This document shows positions 23,270 to 38,432 of a stretch of 64,000 bases of DNA, piece after piece. The notes below the pieces were generated by a model. The model saw only the letters and a list, made by a program, of their open reading frames with translations, was not told the DNA's origin and did not search any database. The translations under genes and the position numbers were made by a program. The stretch spans positions 5,518,001 through 5,582,000 of the forward strand of contig NC_047023.1 in the NCBI RefSeq assembly GCF_902652985.1, in the 5' to 3' direction. The first letter of the stretch is position 1. Each line of letters begins with the position of its first letter. The DNA comes from Pecten maximus (lineage: Eukaryota).

Positions 23270-23455
23270 TTGACAAGAGGCTGGACCTCGCTGACCTACA
23301 ACGAACTTTACCCCATGTAGTACTTACCAATCAGTACCCATTTTAATCTGCCGATGTCCCCTTGGAAAAGGGGGCTATTCGGTCAAAAGCAGCATGAATC
23401 ATAGCTGGTGGCCAAGGGACATTTAGAAGACCTCCCGTATTCGAACCGCTCACAA
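23270..23455 (-). mobile_element. Highly decayed SINE remnant
   Basis: Minus-strand B box GGTTCGAATAC, followed by CORE-like GTCCCTTGGCCA and AAAATGGGTAC motifs. Confidence 0.35.
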
Positions 23456-24029
23456 ATTTAAAGGTAGACATATGTCACTGAACGTCTTTCCAACACAATG
23501 ATGGATTAAAACAAATAGACATCAGAGAGATCCTGTCCTGAGGGCTCATTTGTATGGATAACAGCAAAATGCACACGTCTCTATCTGTCATTTCTACCCC
23601 CCCCCCCCCCCCCAAAAAAAACCAAACAAACAAAAACTTCCGTGTCAGCTGTTGGAACCTTTTTGTAAAACAATCCATCTCTATTTCTTTCCACCGGACA
23701 TTCATACGGAGGAGTGCCAACATTGATGGGTTGCCGCTTGTGTGATTTTTCATTTTCTTTATCACAGGGAGAATGTTCTTCCTCCGGAGTAAATTGCGTT
23801 CTTTAATGCCGGCGGGGGAGCCATATCTGAAAAATATAGTAAAATGTCTGGCCAATATAAGCTCAAATAACGGAAGCATCAATGTTGTCTGATAATAACC
23901 ATATACATAAACACCAAACATGTCGTTACTACATAACATCATATCGACTGTAATAAAAACACCGACACGCACGTCAGTCAATTATATTAATATCAGAACT
24001 CTTATTGCTTGAGAAACTCGCATGTGCTA

Positions 24030-26235
24030 AACACTTACCGTCCTTATACTGCTGAACATTTACCGCCCTCATACTGCTGAACACTTACCGCCCCCATACT
24101 GCTGAACACTTACCGCCCCCATACTGCTGAACACTTACCGCCCCCATACTGCTGAACACTTACCGCCCCCATACTGCTGAACACTTACCGGCCCCATATT
24201 GCCGAACGCTTATAATTACCGCCCCTATATACTGCTGAACACTTACCGTCCTCATACTGCTGAACACTTACCGCCCCCATACTGTTGAACACTTACCGCC
24301 CCCATACTGTTGAACACTTACCGCCCCCATACTGCTGAACACTTACCGCCCCCATACTGCTGAACGCTTACCGCCCCATACTGCTGAACACTTACCCGCC
24401 CCATATTGCTGAACGCTTATAATTACCGCCCTATATACTGCTGAACACTTACCGCCCCCATACTGCTGAACGCTTATAATTACCGCCCCCATACTGTTGT
24501 ACACTTACCGCCCCCCATACTGCTGAAAACCTACCGTCCTCATACTGCCGAACACTTACCGTCCTCATACTGCTGAACACTTACCGCTCCCATACTGATG
24601 AACGCTTACCGCCCCCATACTGCTGAACACTTACCGCCCCCATACTGTTGAACACTTACCGCCCCCATACTGCTGAACACTTACCGCCCCCATACTGCTG
24701 AACGCTTACCGCCCCCATACTGCTGAACACTTACCCGCCCCATATTGCTGAACGCTTATAATTACCGCCCTATATACTGCTGAACACTTACCGCCCCCAT
24801 ACTGCTGAACGCTTATAATTACCGCCCCCATACTGTTGTACACTTACCGCCCCCATACTGCTGAACACCTACCGTCCTCATACTGCCGAACACTTACCGT
24901 CCTCATACTGCTGAACACTTACCGCTCCCATACTGATGAACGCTTACCGCCCTCCATACTGCTGAACACTTACCGCCCCCATACCGATGAACGCTTACCG
25001 CCCTCCATACTGCTGAACACTTACCGCCCCCATACTGCTGAACACTTACCGCCCCCATACTGCTGAACGCTTATAATTACCGCCCCTATACTGCTGAACA
25101 CTTACCGCTCCCATAATGCTGAACCCTTACCGCCCTCCATACTGCTGAACACTTACCGCCCCCATACTGCTGAACACTTACCGCCCCCATACTGCTGAAC
25201 GCTTATAATTACCGCCCCTATACTGCTGAACACTTACCGCCCTCATACTGCTGAACACTTACCGCTCCCATAATGCTGAACCCTTACCGTCCTCATACTG
25301 CTGAACACTTACCGTCCTCATACTACTGAACACTTACCGTCCTCATACTGCTGAACACTTACCGTCCTCATACTGCTGAACACTTACCGCCCTCATACTT
25401 CTGAACACTTAACGTCCTCATACTGCCGAACACTTACCGTCCTCATACTGCCGAACACTTACCGTCCTCATACTGCTGAACACTTACCGTCCTCATACTG
25501 CTGAACACTTACCGTCCTCATACTGCTGAACACTTACCGCCCCCATACTGCTGAACACTTACCGTCCTCATACTGCTGAACGCTTATAATTACCGTCCTC
25601 ATACTACTGAACACTTACCGTCCTCATACTACTGAACACTTACCGTCCTCACACTGCCGAACACTTACCGTCCTCATACTGCCGAACACTTACCGTCCTC
25701 ATACTGCCGAACACTTACCGTCCTCATACTGCTGAACACTTACCGTCCTCATACTGTTGAACGCTTACCGCCCTCATACTACTGAACACTTACCGTCCCC
25801 ATACTACTGAACACTTACCGCCCTCATACTGCTGAACACTTACCGCCCCCATACTGCTGAACACTGACCGCCCCCATACTGCTGAACACTTACCGCCCCA
25901 TACTGCTGAACACTTACCGCTCCCATACTAATGAACGCTTACCGCCCTCCATACTGCTGAACACTTACCGCCCCCATACTGCTGAACGCTTATAATTACC
26001 GCCCCTATACTGATGAACGCTTACCGCCCCCATACTGCTGAACGCTTATAATTACCGCCCCCATACTAATGAACACTTACCGCCCCCATACTGCTGAACA
26101 CTTACCGTCCTCATACTACTGAACACTTGCCGCCCCCATACTGCTGAACACATACCGTCCTCATACTGCTGAACACATACCGTCCTCATACTGCTGAACA
26201 CTTCCTGTCCTCAAACTGCTGAACACCAACCGCCC
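24030..26235. repeat. Minisatellite, 25-bp unit (31-bp variant with ATAATT)
   Basis: Unit AACACTTACCGCCCCCATACTGCTG. Confidence 0.95.
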
Positions 26236-26359
26236 TTAAGGACCTTTGCTGATCAAAAAGTAATTGTTTTTTAATGCCATATGGATGAAGGACCGACTAT
26301 ACTTGTATTTATTTAGTATCATAGTCGCGCCACGCATCTATTTCATATTTTTGGATGTT

Positions 26360-26740
26360 TGTAAAATCACAACCGTCCTAAATAAACTCAGGATATAGAA
26401 AGAAAATTTCTAATCATGAAACCGTCTTAATAAGAAAAAAATAAGTTATAGAATGGAAGTTTGTAAAATCATAACCGTCCTAAATAAATATCAAGATATA
26501 GAAAGTCACAACCGTTCTGAAAGTGACAAGATATGAAAAGGAAGCATGGAAAAACACAACCGTTCTTAATAGGTCTTGGGATACAGAAATATTGTTTGAA
26601 ATATCACCACCGTCCTAAATAAATCTAAAGACATAGAAAGGTTGCTTGAAATATCACAACCGTCTTAAATAAATCTAAATATATAGAAAGGTTGTTTGAA
26701 ATATCACAACCGTCCTAAATAAATCTCAATGCATAGGAAA
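26360..26740. repeat. Degenerate ~50-bp tandem repeat
   Basis: Recurrent TCACAACCGTCCTAAATAAATCT..ATATAGAAAG. Confidence 0.7.
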
Positions 26741-27240
26741 GGATTTTGTGTCCAACCAAACACGGAATATATCGCCATTTTGTAGATTACCTGGATTTTG
26801 TTTTAATTTTAGTGCTTTCGTGACGCGAACACGATACGAATTTATTCTGCTCATACTTTTGACTTTCAACGCTAATTATTATTTTTTGTTAAACTACCGA
26901 AATCCCTATATACAATACGTCACACGATGTCGGTTCCACGTCTTGTCACAGGAAGAGGATTTCTCCTCAGTTTATATGTAAAATACTTTTTTAGTACCTA
27001 ATAAAATCATCAAATAAATTGTATGCCGAACAAGATCCGGTATCCGTGGCATGTTGTGTAGTAACGAACAAGTGATTGGGAGTTATTCCGCCTCTTACGT
27101 CGCCAAGAGAAAATATGAAACCAGGTTTCACGGAAACAAACTGATTTCAATATTTTCGAAAATAACTTATTTTCTTAATTATGCTGTACAAATGAGCAAG
27201 TTCAGCGCAATATTCATGGGGATGTACACCAAAAAAGGAT

Positions 27241-30200
27241 CTATATACAGACATTGATAGCTGTATGGTTTGATATAGATATAGACGGTATTGGCTGTGT
27301 GTGACGTGTCTATACAGACATTGATAGCTGTATGGTTTGATATAGATATATACGGTATTGGCTGTGTGTCACGTGTCTATACGGACATTGATAGCTGTAT
27401 GGTTTGATATAGATATAGACGGTATTGGCTGTGTGTGACGTATCTATACAGACATTGATAGCTGTATGGTTTGATGTAGATATATACGGTATTGGCTGTG
27501 TTTGACGTGTCTATACAGACATTGATAGCGGTATTGACTGTGTGTCACGTGTCTATACAGACATTGATAGCTGTATTGGCTGTGTGTGACGTGTCTATAC
27601 AGACATTGATAGCTGTATGGTTTGATATAGATATAGACGGTATTGGCTGTGTGTGACGTGTCTATACAGACATTGATAGCTGTATTGACTGTGTGTCACG
27701 TGTCTATACAGACATTGATAGCTGTATGGTTTGATATAGATATAGACGGTATTGGCTGTGTGTGACGTGTCTATACAGACATTGATAGCTGTATGGTTTG
27801 ATATAGATATAGACGGTATTGGCTGTGTGTGACGTGTCTATACAGACATTGATAGCTGTATTGACTGTGTGTCACGTGTCTATACAGACATTGATAGCTG
27901 TATGGTTTGATATAGATATAGACGGTATTGGCTGTGTGTGACGTGTCTATACATACATTGATAGCTGTATTGACTGTGTGTCACGTGTCTATACAGACAT
28001 TGATATTTGTATGGTTTGATATAGATATAGACGGTATTGGCTGTGTGTGTCGTGTCTATACAGAAATTGATAGCTGTATTGACTGTGTGTCACGTGTCTA
28101 TACAGACATTGATAGCTGTATTGGCTGCATGTGTGCGATGTGTCTATACAGACATTGATAGTTGTATTGATTGTGTGTGACGTGTCTATACAGACATTGA
28201 TAGCTGTATTGGCTGTGTGTGACGTGTCTATACAGACATTGATAGCTGTATGGTTTGATATATATATAGACGGTATTGACGGTGTGTGATGTGTCTATAC
28301 AGACATTGATATTTGTATGGTTTGATATAGATATAGACGGTATTGGCTGTGTGTGACGTGTCTATACAGACATTGATAGCTGTATTGACTGTGTGTCACG
28401 TGTCTATACAGACATTGATAGCTGTATGGTTTGATATAGATATAGACGGTATTGGCTGTGTGTGGCGTGTCTATACAGACATTGATATTTGTATGGTTTG
28501 ATATAGATATAGACGGTATTGGCTGTGTGTGACGTGTCTATACAGACATTGATAGCTGTATTGACTGTGTGTCACGTGTCTATACAGACATTGCTAGCTG
28601 TATGGTTTGATATATATATAGACGGTATTGGCTGTGTGTGACGTGTCTATACAGACATTGATAGCTGTATTGGCTGTGTGTCACGTGTCTATACAGACAT
28701 TGATAGTTGTATTGGCTGTGTGTGACGTGTCTATACAGACATTGATAGTTGTATTGGCTGTTTGTGACGTGTCTATACAGACATTGATAGCTGTATTGGC
28801 TGTGTGTGATGTGTCTATACAGACATTGATAGCTGTATGGTTTGATATAGATATAGACGGTATTGGCTGTGTGTGACGTGTCTATACAGACATTGATAGC
28901 GGTATTGGCTGTGTGTGACGTGTCTATACAGACATTGATAGCTGTATGGTTTGATGTAGATATAGACGGTATTGGCTGTGTGTGACGTGTCTATACAGAC
29001 ATTGATAGCTGTATGGTTTGATGTAGATATAGACGGTATTGGCTGTGTGTGACGTGTCTATACAGACAATGATAGATGTATTGGCTGTGTGTCACGTGTC
29101 TATACAGACATTGATAGCTGTATGGTTTGATATAGATATAGACGGTATTGGCTGTGTGTGACGTGTTTATACAGACATTGATAGCTGTATTGGCTATGTG
29201 TGATGTGTCTATACAGACATTGATAGCTGTTTTGGCTGTGTGTCACATCTCTATACAGACATTGATAGCTGTATGGTTTGATATAGATATAGACGGTATT
29301 GGCTGTGTGTCACGTGTCTATACAGACATTGATAGCTGTATTGACTTTGTGTGACGTGTCTATACAGACATTGATAGCTTTATTGGCCGTGTGTGTCGTG
29401 TCTATACAGACATTGATAGCTGTATGGTTTGATATAGATATAGACGGTATTGACTGTGTGTGACGTGTCTATACAGACATTGATAGCTGTATTGGCTGTG
29501 TGTCACATCTCTATACAGACATTGATAGCTGTATGGTTTGATATAGATATAGACGTTATTGACTGTGTGTGACGTGTCTATACAGACATTGATAGCTGTA
29601 TTGGCTGTGTGTGACGTGTCTATACAGACATTGATAGCTGTATGGTTTGTCTATACGACATATAGATGCTTTGGTGTGTGTGACGTGTCTATACAGACAT
29701 TGATAGCTGTATGTTGATATGATATAACGGATTGGTTACGTGTGAGCTAGGTGTCTATACATACATTGATAGCTGTATTGGCTGTGTGTGACGTGTCTAT
29801 ACAGACATTGATAGCTGTATTGGCTGTGTGTGACGTGTCTATACAGACATTGATAGCTGTATTGGCTGTGTGTGACGTGTCTATACAGACATTGATAGCT
29901 GTATGGTTTGATATAGATATAGACGATATTGAGTGTGTGACGTGTCTATACAGACATTGATAGCTGTATGGTTTGATATAGATATACGGTATTGGCTGTG
30001 TGTGACGTGTCTATACAGACATTGATATTTGTATGGTTTGATATAGATATAGACGGTATTGACTGTGTGTGACGTGTCTATACAGACATTGATAGCTGTA
30101 ATTGGCTGTTGTTGATGGTGTCTATACAGACATTGATAGCTGTATGGGTTGATATAGATATAGACGGTATTGGCTGTGTGTCACATGTCTATACAGACAT

Positions 30201-30872
30201 TGATAGCTGTATGGTTTGATATATATATAGACGGTATTGGCTGTGTGTGACGTGTCTATACAGACATTGATAGCGGTATTGGCTGTGTGTGACGTGTCTA
30301 TACAGACATTGATAGCTGTATGGTTTGATATAGATATAGACGGTATTGGCTGTGTGTCACGTGTCTATACAGACATTGATAGCTGTATTGACGGTGTGTG
30401 ATGTGTCTATACAGACATTGATAGCTGTATTGGCTGTGTGTGACGTGTCTATACAGACATTGATAGCTGTATGGTTTGATATAGATATAGACGGTATTGG
30501 CTGTGTATGATGTGGCTATACATACATTGATAGCTGTATTGACGGTGTGTGACGTGTCTATACAGACATTGATAGCTGTATTGGCTGTGTGTGACGTGTC
30601 TATACTGACATTGATAGCTGTATGGTTTGATATAGACATAGACGGTATTGACTGTGTGTGACGTGTCTATACAGACATTGATAGCTGTATTGACGGTGTG
30701 TGATGTGTCTATACAGACATTGATAGCTGTATGGTTTGATATAGATATAGACGGTATTGGCTGTGTGTGATGTGTCTATACAGACATTGATAGCTGTATT
30801 GGCGGTGTGTGACGTGTCTATACAGACATTGATAGCTGTATGGTTTTATATACATGTAGATATAGACGGTAT
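27241..30872. repeat. Compound minisatellite of 42-bp and 67-bp units
   Basis: Core GTGTGACGTGTCTATACAGACATTGATAGCTGTATTGGCTGT, with or without the 25-bp insert GGTTTGATATAGATATAGACGGTAT. Confidence 0.95.
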
Positions 30873-32204
30873 TACAGAACGAAAACAGTGCATTGAGCAT
30901 TTTTCAAATTCCTCTTGTTTACTTAGACCGTTGAAAAACGTAAGCCGTAACAAAACCAAAGGCAAATATTGATTTCTAAAATCTACACTGTAACCAAATG
31001 ATGTCAATAGTAAGTTACTAATTTCCCCTATGCTCAAAAACGTCCCATGGACTTATCTCAAGGCTGCAAAGTAGTTTTGACACATAGGGGTATCAGTACA
31101 CTGCCCGATCGATAGAGCATTGTTTATGGTTCCTCAGACCGCCAGGTTTCGGCTGGAAGCTTGGTACCCTAACGTGAAGACCATTGTACGGTGGTTCTGT
31201 AGGCAAATGTACTCTCATGTCGTTATGGCATCGAACAAGTCGACTCGCTTCCTGATGGCTTTGTTTTAAATATGTTTTAAACCTTAGATATCCTCGGGAG
31301 GTTGGTATATAGCCTTATCACAATCTGGACTAGTGTAGGAACAACCCTTTTTTCATGGCCAGTCGGGAATGCATGTTTCTTCCCGAAACTATACAACCAA
31401 AAGATGTAACCAAAAGATATATTTAGAGTCATATATATTGTAAAATCTTAGCGACGCAAAACGATATCGGAGAATTCCAGGTTTTCCATATAGAAGAGCT
31501 CTCTGGCCCTAAACCAGACATGGTTTCAGAGCCAAACGGAACTCGGCCTTATCATAATGATATCCTCATTTTGTTCAGGTTTAGCCATCAGAATATATTT
31601 TTAATTATAAGAGTGCTAAACAAGAAATATCTTTAAAAAAGATAAACGGCATAGTTTTAATGCTGGTAGTTATAATGTAAAACTGATTGTGAAATAAATT
31701 AAAGAACTAAAGCGTTTTAGCACGAATAACAGCATTATATCAGTTTGAATCATTTTTGGTAATAATAAGACTGCATTTGAATCAGGAATATGATTTTATT
31801 AATATGTCTTTTAAAAAGATAATTTACTTATTCAGGTTGCATTCAATCTTATCTTTGTTTCGTTTTTAACTGCATACCTGCATTTTGCATTTACCGCTAC
31901 ATTGACCAATCACATACTTCATCTTGACCAGTAACGCCACCTGTCGCGTCATATCCGGGGCCAAAAGAAAATTATACGGCTATGCCGAAAAAGGTGAATT
32001 GAAAATTGGTTAACGATTTAAACATTTTGTGAAGACGTAAGACGTAATACAACTCATAAGCAAGCAACCACAATATTTAAGGAATACAGATGAAAATATA
32101 TGTGATTGGTTTTACCATCGCGAATTGACGGATATCATAGTAACTAATTGATCTGCATTATTGTCAAATGCTTGATGATTATAAGGTGTCATGTATGAGT
32201 GACA

Positions 32205-32575
32205 ATGTATGGTCATATTTCAGTATTGTTATTAATACAATGTATTGTCATACACCAGTCTTGTTATTAATACAATGTATTGTCATACACCAGTCTTGTT
32301 ATTAATACAATGTATTGTCATACATCAGTCTTGTTATTAATACAATGTATTGTCATACACCAGTCTTGTTATCAATACAATGTATTGTCATATCTCAATC
32401 TTGTTATCAATACATTGTGTTGTCATCTATCAATTTTGTTCATAATACAATGTATGGCCACATCCCAGTCTTGTTAGCAATATAATGTATGGTCATATAT
32501 AAGTCTTTTTATTAATACAGTGTATTGTCATATATCAATTTTGTTCTTAATACGATGTATCGTTATATACCAGTA
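32205..32575. repeat. Minisatellite, 35-bp unit, ~10 copies, diverging
   Basis: Unit TATTAATACAATGTATTGTCATACACCAGTCTTGT. Confidence 0.85.
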
Positions 32576-33239
32576 CTAAAAACTGTATTTTCCCAATGGC
32601 GTTTTAGAATGAGTTTTTTTTTTTTTAGAAAATGAGAACTAATACCGCGATTAAACTTACTCTGTCTTTGAACAACTGGTCCCTGAATGTCGCTGCAACG
32701 TGAAGGTTTTGTTAGATTTTAATTCAATAATAAGACAAACCTCCTTCTGACATGCAGTTATCCGCAGGGTATTTACCCGACTCAATGGCAATTAATAGTC
32801 AAACAACATGCACAAACAAAAAAGCATTTGAGAAGGCGAGTTTTATTAGGTTTGTCAAGCTAGCAGTCAGCCTGGATGGTTTGATGGTTCAATAAGTGAC
32901 GAAATTTAAACAGACTTAGGCAATGCCTGAGATGATCACCAATTAAGAGCTCGAGTTATCTCTAATTTGACTTGTCGGTGTTGATGCTGCAAGACGTAAA
33001 GGAACATATATATCCCAAGGTTGCCGATTTAAAATAATCAAGTGTACTTAAACAAGTACTCCTCAATTAATAGCTTTTTACCCCAATTTACTCTATTTAA
33101 CATCTCCATGGGCGTCCATTAAACCTTAGAGGTGTTTAAATTAGTTAGTTTAATTATTTTACTAATCAACACCTTCCGATATTCTGATTGTTAAAGTATA
33201 AAACGTGGCGCTGTGACTCAGTAATTCGTCTACAATTTG

Positions 33240-34947
33240 AACATTATGTAGTATCATGATGGGTAACAATATGTAGTATCATGATGGGTAACATTCTGTA
33301 GTATCATGATGGGTAACATTATGTAGTATCATGATGGGTAACATTCTGTAGTATCATCATGGGTAACAATATGTAGTATCATGATGGGTAATAATATGTA
33401 GTATCATGATGGGTAACATTCTGTAGTATCATGATGGGTAACATTCTGTAGTATCATGATGGGTAACATTCTGTAGTATCATCATGGGTAACATTATGTA
33501 GTATCATGATGGGTAACATTATGAAGTATCATGATGGGTAACATTCTGTAGTATCATGATGGGTAACATTCTGTAGTATCATGATGGGTAACATTCTGTA
33601 GTATCATGATGGGTAACAATATGTAGTATCATGATGGGTAACATTCTGTAGTATCATGATGGGTAACATTCTGTAGTATCATGATGGGTAACATTATGTA
33701 TAGTATCGTGATGGGTAGCATTCTGTAGTATCATGATGGGTAACATTCTGTAGTATCATGATGGGTAACATTCTGTAGTATCAGGATGGGTAACAATATG
33801 TAGTATCATGATGGGTAACATTCTGTAGTATCATGATGGGTAACATTATGTAGTATCGTGATGGGTAGCATTCTGTAGTATCATGATGGGTAACATTCTG
33901 TAGTATCATGATGGGTAACATTCTGTAGTATCATGATGGGTAACATTCTGTAGTATCATGATGGGTAACATTCTGTAGTATCATGGTGGGTAACATTCTG
34001 TAGTATCATGATGGGTAACATTATGTAGTATCATGATGGGTAACATTCTGTAGTATCATGATGGGTAACATTCTGTAGTATTACCATAAGTAACATTATG
34101 TAGTATCATCATGGGTAACATTCTGTAGTATCATGATGGGTAACATTCTGTAGTATCATGATGGGTAACATTCTGTAGTATCACCATAGGTAACATTCTG
34201 TAGTATCATGATGGGTAACATTCTGTAGTATCATGATGGGTAACATTCTGTAGTATCATGATGGGTAACATTCTGTAGTATCACCATAGGTAACATTCTG
34301 TAGTATCATGATGGGTAACATTCTGTAGTATCATGATGGGTAACATTCTGTAGTATCATGATGGGTAACAATATGTAGTATCACCATAGGTAACATTCTG
34401 TAGTATCATGATGGGTAACATTCTGTAGTATCATGATGGGTAACATTCTGTAGTATCATGATGGGTAACATTCTGTAGTATCATGATGGGTAACATTCTG
34501 TAGTATCATGATGGGTAACAATATGTAGTATCATGATGGGTAACAATATGTAGTATCATGATGGGTAACATTCTGTAGTATCATGATGGGTAACATTCTG
34601 TAGTATCATGATGGGTAACATTCTGTAGTATCATGATGGGTAACATTCTGTAGTATCATGATGGGTAACATTATGTAGTATCATGATGGGTAACATTCTG
34701 TAGTATCATGATGGGTAACATTATGTAGTATCATGATGGGTAACATTCTGTAGTATCATGATTGGTAACATTCTGTAGTATCATGATGGGTAACATTCTG
34801 TAGTATCATGATGGGTAACATTCTGTAGTATCATGATGGGTAACATTCTGTAGCATCATGATGGGTAACATTCTGTAGTATCATGATGGGTAACATTCTG
34901 TAGGATCATGGTGGGTAACATTCTGTAGTATCATCATGGGTAACATT
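33240..34947. repeat. Minisatellite, 25-bp unit, ~68 copies
   Basis: Unit ACATTCTGTAGTATCATGATGGGTA. Confidence 0.95.
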
Positions 34948-35393
34948 TTATATTGATAACAATAGTTTGGGTATTTAATGTATGCCGAATGTTCAGACTA
35001 ATTTTCGACGACTAATCGTCACTGTTGTAGAATACCGCGTATTTATGAAATGTTGAAAACAATATTTTAAAGTTTTGATAATCAAGCAAACCCCAGTTAC
35101 ATATTCTGGAGGCAATATTTACATCAATTAGGGGAATTAATTACGTTATTTTGAGTGGCTATACTGTCGATTACAACAAAAAAATTGGTTTGAACTCCAG
35201 ACCGAAACGTCTCGTGTTGTATTTAAATCAGAAAAAAAGATAAAGAATGGAAAATAAAAAAACGGAAGGGTGAGACGAGTGACATATGTATATGCACATC
35301 GAACCGACATAAAATCTGTTTCTTTCATCTGCATGTGGAAACTGTCATTTATCTTGTTGTTTTGTTACTTCTCCATTTCAAGTTGTTTTTAAT

Positions 35394-35586
35394 CATTTCA
35401 GAAATTACCCCTCCAATATAGGTCTGTTCTCATTTCAGAAATTACCCCTCCAATGTAAGTTTGTTCTCATTTCAGAAATTACCCCTCCAATATAGGTCTG
35501 TTCTCATTTCAGAAATTACCCCTCCAATATAAGTTTGTTATCATTTCAGAAATTACCCCTCCAATGTAAGTTTGTTATCATTTCAG
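35394..35586. repeat. Tandem repeat, 37-bp unit, ~5 copies
   Basis: Unit CATTTCAGAAATTACCCCTCCAATATAGGTCTGTTCT. Confidence 0.9.
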
Positions 35587-36170
35587 AGACTATTTCTCCA
35601 ATGAACGTTTGTTACCAGTCCAGCTACGCCACTCGGCCATTTTAAAGAAGGACTTATGAAGATGACGAACTCATTGCCTTGTCTCAAAGCCCATCGAAAG
35701 CAGGGACGTTTTAATGAAAATAATTTTTATTTGCTTTAATATATGAAGATGAGAAATTCATCATTGTACGGCATAACTTTTCTTGTTGGATGTAAACGCC
35801 ACTTGTATGTATGTTCAAGAACCACTTTTCTGTCGCCCGATCAGTTGAGACAAGGTTCTACAGCCATACAATATATAATGCTTTCATGAACTTACATGTA
35901 ATTGAATTGGTTTTCACGTCTGTGTTTTCATTTCATATTTGTTTACCTCTCGTTGTTAAACCGTAGTCTCGCTGTATATAGAAACTAATTATGCAAACTA
36001 TAGTTCCTGGTCGTTATTTCCTGCCTGTTTGTCGCCTCCTGTGACAGGCAGCATTTTCCTCGAGTGTTAAACGGAAGTAGTTTGGTTTAGAGATTATTTC
36101 TAATCAGGTCCATTCAGGGTTTTGATTTGACGCATACACATAATTGTACGTTAGGTACGTATATACACTT

Positions 36171-36356
36171 CGCTATTACGATTGAATTCGTGAGCCGACG
36201 GTCACGTGTTTCAACTCCCGCTATTACGATTGAATTCGTGAGCCGACGGTCACGTGTTTCAACTCCCGCTATTACGATTGAATTCGTGAGCCGACGGTCA
36301 CGTGTTTCAACTCCCGCTATTACGATTGAATTCGTGAGCCGACGGTCACGTGTTTC
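36171..36356. repeat. Perfect tandem repeat, 48-bp unit, ~3.9 copies
   Basis: Unit CGCTATTACGATTGAATTCGTGAGCCGACGGTCACGTGTTTCAACTCC. Confidence 0.95.
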
Positions 36357-37382
36357 GTCCCTTTTAGCTGGGATGACTTTGTATTTTAGTTAAACTTTAT
36401 ATTAAATGGGGATTATCAACAATTAGTGACATGTTGCGTCGTCTCAAAGGTTGCTTGTTATGTGTTGATTGTCATGTTCACGAGTTGACTTTTACCGCTG
36501 CGGCAGGTATCCGTTATACTATTGTATCCGGTCACTGTCCTTCCTTGTCATTGTTGATAAATTCATGTTAAACGTTTATATATGTCTTAGGCCATTGTTA
36601 CCTCGCGTCAATAGTATAAACAATAACTCAATTCGAACCTGGGTTGGTCCGGTAACGCCGGACAGTTCACATCAGTACACCCATCCCGTTACAGACAAAA
36701 ACGTATCGGCTGCAGATTTATTCATCTTCAAGTTCATGGCCCCCACCGATGTACCACAAACACGTAATGTTAAAATACCAAGTACACATACCTTTCTACC
36801 TTTCAGCAGGAATAACGCGAGTGAACACCACAGAAAGTGACGTCACCACTAGTCAGCTCTCTCGAGGCATCAACTCCATACACGATGTCACTTCAACAGT
36901 CTAATGGATAGTCTGAGAAGATCGTAAAGGGAATACTAACAAATCAAGGTAAATAAAAAAAAACAGTTTTTGTTGTCTTGATATACCACGGTACTACTGC
37001 TGAAATTGGATAATACGTCGCTTTCAATGTACGTTCCAACTTTTCCCCTTTAACAGCATGCTGTCTCAATCATATACAGAAACAAATAAGCATGTTCTCA
37101 AATCTGATGAGAGGAACAGGCGGTGTATCATATTGACCCTTGATTGTTTTTCCCTTGTACATCTCTAAGATGTTGAGTATCAACCTTTGCCCGTCTAGTT
37201 AATTAAGAAGGAACTAGATATATCTTGGCCTTGGGGACAGAACCCAGAAAGCTTTCATTACAAAGTCAAGCCTAAACTTTAGAACAAACGTAAGGCAATG
37301 GCGAGGAAGACAAGAAATTGCTCTCTGAAAGATATCATCCACTAGGCAAATTAACAAGAATCAGACACGTCTGGCTGCATAT

Positions 37383-37689
37383 CACATAAGGACATAGAAC
37401 ATTCCAAATGACATACTTCTGTCGACTATAAAACGTCACAAAAGGACATAGAATATTCCAAATGACATACTACTGTCGACTATAAAACGTCACATAAGGA
37501 CATAGAATATTCCAAATGACATACTACGTAAGCTAAATCAACATTCCAAATGACATACTTCTGTCGACTATAAAACGTCACATAAGGACATAGAATATTC
37601 CAAATGACATACTACTGTCGACTATAAAACGTCACATAAGGACATAGAATATTCCAAATGACATACTACGGTCGACTATAAAACGTCAC
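37383..37689. repeat. Tandem repeat, 54-bp unit, ~5.5 copies
   Basis: Unit CACATAAGGACATAGAATATTCCAAATGACATACTACTGTCGACTATAAAACGT. Confidence 0.9.
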
Positions 37690-38261
37690 CATGGGTTTCA
37701 GCAACATGAATTGTCCATCAGTAGTCTGAATCTGTCACGGAAATCATGATGATAACAACTAGCACTTGGCTACTCAATCATCTCGGAAATGTTAAAACCT
37801 TAGATATGGGATTGCAGGAATGCTACTATCTAGAAAGGGAAAAATGGAAATTGAAACATCACGCTTATCATAAAGCTTCGTTGTAAGCTGTCTTTTTGCT
37901 TTCATTGTAAGTAAAAATCGAGGTGCATGACTGATGGTAAAGAATCTGCATCGTTCTTGGTTCCAAGTTATATCCAATCGCATTGATCGATAAAGGCTTA
38001 GTTTTTTAATGATAACACGTGGTCAATATACCTTTAGGTGAAAATGAAGGACTATACCTGTTCTGATTAGCACTTCAATATAATCAGCTTTTTCTGAAAA
38101 AAGTCAGCCAACAGAGGGGAACAGTTTGCTCCCATGGATATGCCAATACCGTTGTCTGTTGGACGATCTGGTCACCAAACTTAACAAAGATGTCGTCGAT
38201 CAGAAATTCAATTTTACGCATGAGTACATATTGTTTATTTTATATGGCCGTTTTTTGCATT

Positions 38262-38432
38262 TACAGTAAAACCTGTCTATTACGAACCCGTTTGATACGA
38301 AAATTCGCTTATTACGAACAAAATAATTATCCCCAGCAATCTCCTTCTTTGTTCTTACCAAATAAATATGCTTGATACGAAATTGCCTGTAGCGAAAATT
38401 TGTTTTTAACGAACATATTTTGTGGTCCCAGG
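38262..38432. mobile_element. Left end of a pogo/Tc1-like DNA element
   Basis: TA|CAGTAAAACCT terminus followed by repeated TACGAA subterminal motifs; the matching right end was not found. Confidence 0.5.

Noticed and set aside
23475-23981. 168-aa minus-strand ORF / possible exon with an acceptor near 23827
   Set aside because: No recognisable homology, it includes low-complexity runs, and no partner exons were identified; it cannot be supported without RNA data.
36469-36950. Possible exon(s) on either strand
   Set aside because: Splice-like motifs exist, but frames close quickly and no protein family is recognisable.
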